A DNA stretch of 64,000 bases, taken from contig JBBFKX010000001.1 in NCBI GenBank assembly GCA_037481815.1, positions 480,001 through 544,000 of the forward strand. The letters run 5' to 3'. The translations under genes and the position numbers were made by a program. Under the pieces are notes generated by a model that saw only the letters and a list, made by a program, of their open reading frames with translations, ran no database searches and was not told the DNA's origin. The DNA comes from a candidate division WOR-3 bacterium (lineage in GTDB: Bacteria > Hydrothermota > 32-111). Positions 59,044 to 64,000 of the stretch are shown here, piece after piece. Numbering within the stretch: the first letter of the stretch is position 1; each line of letters starts with the position of its first letter.

Positions 59044-60704
59044 AAGGAATAGATTTTTTTTAATAATTCCTCCTCTTTAATGAAAATTTCATCCTCTATC
59101 GTTTGATACGCCGGATTTTCAATTTTGATCCTATGTGGACCGATCAAAAGTTTAATAGAATCACCGATTGGGGTAAGTCCAATAAAGTTATCATCTATGG
59201 TCACCTTTCCCCATGGTCTTACAACTATTTTTAGATAACCAAATGCTTTTTCAAGTTCAACATCAATTTTTGAAACTTTATCTTTTTCAATAAAAATCTC
59301 TTTTGAATACTCTTTTCTGTTAGGATGTTTCAACTTTATCAAATGTTTTCCAGTTTTCAGTTTAATATTTTTCGAAAGGGGTGTTCGATCGATAAAAATA
59401 TCATCTATATAAAGATCAGCCCATGGGACCACATTTACAGCAAGATAACCATACTCTTCTTTGATCTCCTTCTTTTTCATTTCAAAAAATATTGAATCAT
59501 TTTTTGTAAGTTCAAAATTCGTATCTATTTTTTCATATTCTGGATTCAAAGATGAAATTCTGTATTTACCTTTTTCGAGAGAAATTTTTTGAGGTGTTAA
59601 TACAACTATGGAATCGTTTATTGATATCTGAATATCTTTCGGTTGAGTTACTATGAAAAGAGAAAATTTTTCAACCTGTTGTTCCTTTACATAGATAGTT
59701 TTTATTCTTTCATTTTTTGTAAAAAAGTAGAATTGATAAAAGATAAGGGACAAAAGAACGAAAAGTAAAAAAATAAAGATAACCAATTCTGTATATTTAC
59801 CTTTCTTTTTTATCTTAACTTTGATATAGGATTTAAAATGTTGATTCTGTTCTTTTTGAGAAAAAACAAACTCTTTTAAATCATTTTTTGTAATTGGGAT
59901 TTGGAATTTATCTATCTTCTCAATTATTTCATCACAGGAAGAAGGTCTTTTGGATGGATCCCTGTTTAACATCAAATTTATGAGTTCTATAAAAAGTGGT
60001 GGGATATTATTGGGATCATAATCAAAATCCAATTTTCTAAAATAAAGAATATTGTTTATCGTTTCAAATTGATCTTTTCCTTCAAAAGGATTTTTACCTG
60101 TTATCATTTCAACAACCGTGATTCCAAGAGAAAATATATCTGATGAAACGGTTATCTCTCTTCCAGAAAGTTGTTCTGGAGGGAAGTATGCAGGGGTTCC
60201 AATATATGTTCCAGGATTGGTGACATTAATAAGTTCTTTTCCAAATGCGAGTCCAAAATCTGTAATTTTAACGGTTCCATCATCAGATAGCATTATATTA
60301 TCAGGTTTTAAATCTCTATGTAAAATCTGTTGTGAATGGATATATGATAACCCCTTTAAGACCTCTTTTAAAATAAAAATTGTATATTCAAAAGGTATCG
60401 TTTTCTTCTCATTTATAAGACTTTTTAAAGATTTACCTTTTATATACTCCAGAACAATGAATTTATCATCATCTTTTTCATAAAAATCGATAATTGAAAC
60501 TATATTTTCATGTTTCAATTTTCCAAGGATCGATGCTTCCCTTTTAAATCTTTTTACAAAATTTGCATCCTGACTTAAATGTGGGTGCAATTTTTTAATC
60601 ACAACTTCCCGGTTGAGAGAAATTTGCACACCCTTATATATTGTTGCCATTCCTCCTGTTGCAATTGTTTCCTTTATAATATATTTATTTTCATTCATAT
60701 TCAT
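59040..60704 (-). CDS. Transmembrane Hanks-type Ser/Thr kinase with PEGA repeats
   Basis: GGMATIY, VIK, HRDLKPDN, DFG, GTPAY.PPEQ; one TM helix; PEGA repeats (PWADLYID..TPL..G.H, PWGKVTIDD..TPI..GPH). Confidence 0.93.
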   Translation of the reverse strand: MNMNENKYIIKETIATGGMATIYKGVQISLNREVVIKKLHPHLSQDANFVKRFKREASILGKLKHENIVSIIDFYEKDDDKFIVLEYIKGKSLKSLINEKKTIPFEYTIFILKEVLKGLSYIHSQQILHRDLKPDNIMLSDDGTVKITDFGLAFGKELINVTNPGTYIGTPAYFPPEQLSGREITVSSDIFSLGITVVEMITGKNPFEGKDQFETINNILYFRKLDFDYDPNNIPPLFIELINLMLNRDPSKRPSSCDEIIEKIDKFQIPITKNDLKEFVFSQKEQNQHFKSYIKVKIKKKGKYTELVIFIFLLFVLLSLIFYQFYFFTKNERIKTIYVKEQQVEKFSLFIVTQPKDIQISINDSIVVLTPQKISLEKGKYRISSLNPEYEKIDTNFELTKNDSIFFEMKKKEIKEEYGYLAVNVVPWADLYIDDIFIDRTPLSKNIKLKTGKHLIKLKHPNRKEYSKEIFIEKDKVSKIDVELEKAFGYLKIVVRPWGKVTIDDNFIGLTPIGDSIKLLIGPHRIKIENPAYQTIEDEIFIKEEELLKKIYSF

Positions 60705-60761
60705 GTTTATGTTTTTAATTTTAACATCACAAAGAAAATAGTCAATAAATCGATTTCACAA

Positions 60762-62582
60762 TCAATAAAAGGTTATTCCAAACCAATCGTATCTATCGTT
60801 TCTATTTTTATCAAAGGTTATAAAATCAATCTGTTTGTTCTTCACTGATAATAAACCATTCCCATATGTTCCAACCAGGAACTCTTCAGTTTCACCATCG
60901 GAATAATGAACAAGCACTTTTATTCCATCAGAATCTTTCAATACTCTGTAATCATCAAAAAAAGATACTTTTATTTTTTCAAAATTTTTTTCTTTAACTT
61001 TTACTGTATCAATAATTTTCGAAAGAATAACAATTTCACTCCTTATAAAAGCCAACTTTTCCTTATAAGCAAGAAAATTAGGGTTTCCATTTTTTAAAAA
61101 TAAATATGCTGTATGAGATATAGAAAAGTCGTTTCCAAAAGAGAACGGTAAAACACCATAAAGATCGGTATAATAACCACAACGATTAATTTTTGATAAA
61201 GTTTTAAAGAAAAAATTGTTTAAAGATTCACTATTGAGAGGTTTTAAATGAACTATGAAATCTTTATCCGGGCTATACATCCTTTCAAGGTCTGAAATAT
61301 AAACAAGAGAAGATTCTGGTAAAGAAGTCGATAATCTTTTTAAAGGTTTCAACCCATTTCTTTCAGCTACATACCTATAACCCCACTCACCGATAAAATA
61401 TCCATTTTCGGTTTTGTTAAATTTTAAATTTCTGTAGCCGTTTGTTGTCAAAAGATCAGAATATAGCAGGAAAAATATTAGAACGAATGTCGAAAAAAAA
61501 GAAAAATTTAAATTAAGATTTTTAAAAAATAATTTTGAAAAAATTAGAAAATAAAAAAAGTAGGAGATGTAAAGATATCTTCCAATTATCATTGGTGACA
61601 GTGATATTATTGCTAATGAAAACAAAGCAAAAAATATTTTCATTTTTCTATCATCACTCTCAAACATAACTCTGTAAATTGAAAATAGACCAATCGAGAG
61701 CAATAGTGTTCCAATGAGAATATTGACTATATTCTGCTCTATAACGATGAAATAAATTAGCGAAATAACAGTTGATAGATAAAGTAATGGATTTTTCAAA
61801 TCCCAAAAGGATATAAAAGGCAATGTAAAAAGACCGATCCATAAACTATAACCGATAATTTTTTTTAAAGTTTTATGATAGTTTAAAAACCTCTCAGATC
61901 CTTCCCATTTTAAAGACCGAAAAATATCTGCACCCAGATGGAAAACTTTGATAAAAAGGAGAAGGGAAATTAAAAAGATCAAAAAACCAATAAAGTATCC
62001 TTTTCTTAATTTTTTTAACTGAAAAAAAAATATAAGAACTAAAAAAAGATTTATGTAAGATAAAAGAATGGAAAATGAAAAAAAGAAAAGAAATATTAAA
62101 AAACTTTTTATATTCTGCCTTTCAAAAAAGTTTTCAAGTAAAATATAAGACACAAGAAATGAAAGGAAAAACAAACCATCCATCATAAAAGAATTGTAAT
62201 ATATAGCGAACGCTGGAGTTAAAGTGAAAAGAAACGCAATAAAATCATGATCGTCTATTTTTGATTTTTTCAGATAAAAAGATATTAAAACAAATATCAA
62301 AACAGCGATAGAATAATACAAAAGATGTAAGATCACTATCTTTCCATTGCATATCTTATAAAAAAAATGAAAAATCAGATAAGGCAAAACAGTATGTGTT
62401 CCATCAGAAGGTGTCCGTTCTAAGCCGTTGAAAACAAATTCTGTTTTTTGAAATTCAAAAATATTTTTGTTCTCTAAAATGTTGGAAGAAAAAAAATAAA
62501 GATAATCATCATAGTTCACATATCTACTTGAGAATATAGATAAAAAGATTATAATAAGAAATATGAAAAAAAATTTTTTCAT
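60762..62582 (-). CDS. Polytopic GT-C (ArnT/PMT-like) glycosyltransferase-like protein
   Basis: NYDD acidic motif after TM1, H..LP, MMD and GRY motifs; many TM helices; soluble C-terminal domain. Confidence 0.6.
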   Translation of the reverse strand: MKKFFFIFLIIIFLSIFSSRYVNYDDYLYFFSSNILENKNIFEFQKTEFVFNGLERTPSDGTHTVLPYLIFHFFYKICNGKIVILHLLYYSIAVLIFVLISFYLKKSKIDDHDFIAFLFTLTPAFAIYYNSFMMDGLFFLSFLVSYILLENFFERQNIKSFLIFLFFFSFSILLSYINLFLVLIFFFQLKKLRKGYFIGFLIFLISLLLFIKVFHLGADIFRSLKWEGSERFLNYHKTLKKIIGYSLWIGLFTLPFISFWDLKNPLLYLSTVISLIYFIVIEQNIVNILIGTLLLSIGLFSIYRVMFESDDRKMKIFFALFSLAIISLSPMIIGRYLYISYFFYFLIFSKLFFKNLNLNFSFFSTFVLIFFLLYSDLLTTNGYRNLKFNKTENGYFIGEWGYRYVAERNGLKPLKRLSTSLPESSLVYISDLERMYSPDKDFIVHLKPLNSESLNNFFFKTLSKINRCGYYTDLYGVLPFSFGNDFSISHTAYLFLKNGNPNFLAYKEKLAFIRSEIVILSKIIDTVKVKEKNFEKIKVSFFDDYRVLKDSDGIKVLVHYSDGETEEFLVGTYGNGLLSVKNKQIDFITFDKNRNDRYDWFGITFY

Positions 62583-62636
62583 TTTTAAATGAATTATAAC
62601 TTTCTAAACATATTTAGTCAATAATAAGGAGTTTTT

Positions 62637-63758
62637 ATGATGATAGATCAAAGAATAAAAAAATGGGCAAAAACCCTCGTTGATTATTCAACTGGTATAA
62701 AAAAAGGCGAAAAAGTTTTTTTGAGAGGTTCAAGTGAAACCATACCACTTTTAAAAGAAGTGTATAGAGAGATAACCAAAAGAGATGCATTCTGCGAAGT
62801 TAAAATTGTTGATAACGAATTCACAGAAATATTCTATAAGGAAGCAAGTGAAACTTTGATTGAATTCGTTTCACCTATCGATGAATATATATTCAAAAAT
62901 TTTGATGTTTTAATCTCCATAGGTGGCGAGAAAAACTCTAAAACACTTTCAGGTGTTGATCCATCAAAAATAAGAAAATCTATGAAAGCACGGGAAAATT
63001 TGAACAAGATTTTTTCTGAAAGGGTTTCAAAAGGAAATATGAGATGGGTTTTAACATACTATCCAACTTATGCCGGTGCACAGGAAGCGAATATGTCTTT
63101 ATCTGAACTTGAGGATTTTGTAATCGATGCATGTTTTTTAAACAAAGATGATCCAGCAAAAGAATGGAAAAGGATACACAAAGAGCAGAACAAAATAATA
63201 GATTTTTTATCAAAAAAGAAGAATTTCAGAATGATCGCTAAAGATACGGATTTATATTTTTCAACAAACGGAAGAAGATGGATAAACTCTGATGGACATA
63301 ACAATTTCCCCTCAGGAGAAGTTTTCACAAGCCCGGTTGAAAACAGTGTTAATGGAAAAATAAGGTTCACTTTTCCAGGTATTTATATGGGGAAAGAGAT
63401 AGAGGATATATATCTTGAATTCAAAAATGGAAAGATCGTAAAATATAAAGCTAAAACTGGAGAGGGACTTTTAAAAGAACTGATAAAAGTCGATGACGGA
63501 GCTTCAATCGTTGGAGAAGCAGCGATAGGAACAAATTATGGAATTAAAAAATTTATAAAGAATATGCTTTTCGATGAAAAGATTGGTGGAACAATACATC
63601 TAGCTTTAGGTAATGGGTTTAAAGAAGCGGGATCAAAAAATTTCTCTTCACTCCACTGGGATCTTTTATGTGATATGAGAGAATTTGGAGAAATATATGC
63701 TGATGGCAAACTGTTTTATAAGAATGGAAAATTCTTAATAGAAGGAGTTAAATTATGA
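62637..63758 (+). CDS. Aminopeptidase, M29 (AmpS/PepS) family
   Basis: NFPSGEVFT, GEAAIG, LFDEKIGGTIHLALG, SLHWD. Confidence 0.93.
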   Translation: MMIDQRIKKWAKTLVDYSTGIKKGEKVFLRGSSETIPLLKEVYREITKRDAFCEVKIVDNEFTEIFYKEASETLIEFVSPIDEYIFKNFDVLISIGGEKNSKTLSGVDPSKIRKSMKARENLNKIFSERVSKGNMRWVLTYYPTYAGAQEANMSLSELEDFVIDACFLNKDDPAKEWKRIHKEQNKIIDFLSKKKNFRMIAKDTDLYFSTNGRRWINSDGHNNFPSGEVFTSPVENSVNGKIRFTFPGIYMGKEIEDIYLEFKNGKIVKYKAKTGEGLLKELIKVDDGASIVGEAAIGTNYGIKKFIKNMLFDEKIGGTIHLALGNGFKEAGSKNFSSLHWDLLCDMREFGEIYADGKLFYKNGKFLIEGVKL

Positions 63759-64000
63759 ATGAAAAAAACATAAATATCAAAATCGATAAAGAAGTCGCAG
63801 AGGGAGAATATGCAAACCTTGTGTTGACAGTTCATTCATCATCAGAATTTATTTTTGATTTTGCGAAACTTTTACCAGGCATTACTGAAGCAAACATTCA
63901 TACGAGGATAATCATGACTCCTGCCCATGCGAAGATGTTCTATAAATCATTGAAGGATAGTATCGAAAAATATGAACAAAATTTTGGTGAGATAAAGATC
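63755..64000 (+). CDS. DUF3467-family protein (partial, runs off window)
   Basis: Translated by hand as MNEKNINIKIDKEVAEGEYANLV..HSSSEFIFDF...RIIMTPAHAK...YEQNFGEI; ATGA overlap; not in the ORF track. Confidence 0.8.
   Translation, partial: MNEKNINIKIDKEVAEGEYANLVLTVHSSSEFIFDFAKLLPGITEANIHTRIIMTPAHAKMFYKSLKDSIEKYEQNFGEIKI

Overview
AT-rich (roughly 30% GC by eye), very gene-dense chromosomal window from a diderm, probably anaerobic, amino-acid-fermenting bacterium. A WOR-3/TA06-like FCB-adjacent lineage is my impression and cannot be verified here. No rRNA, tRNA, CRISPR array or transposase was seen. Housekeeping content: an Rnf operon (rseC-rnfB[short]-C-D-G-E-A-apbE) running into an FAD oxidoreductase, a pseudo-kinase and a patatin; a Na+-pumping methylmalonyl-CoA-decarboxylase-type operon; archease-rtcB; era; apgM; hutHUI with a separate ftcD; an ars/CDF metal-resistance operon; two GT-C glycosyltransferases; and an M29 aminopeptidase. 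The most interesting signal is an apparent sigma-54 surface-appendage network with three enhancer-binding proteins and three -24/-12 promoters. These promoters precede (i) a non-canonical chaperone-usher-like fibre operon (17757-21899), (ii) an orphan secreted protein (5152-5628) and (iii) a type IV pilin locus. That locus encodes a pilin that is about 23% aromatic and a non-cleavable pseudopilin-like protein, and the divergent polytopic membrane protein carries an embedded prepilin at its C-terminus. Also notable: a duplicated TPR/ExeA-ATPase module with an SgmX-like protein, a Ser/Thr kinase-PEGA/TPR/lipoprotein/GAF-EBP operon, a dual-cyclase-NTPase-TPR protein, a G8 tract that frameshifts a secreted protein (candidate phase variation), and repeated leaderless promoters. 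All calls are from motif recognition by eye, without database searches.
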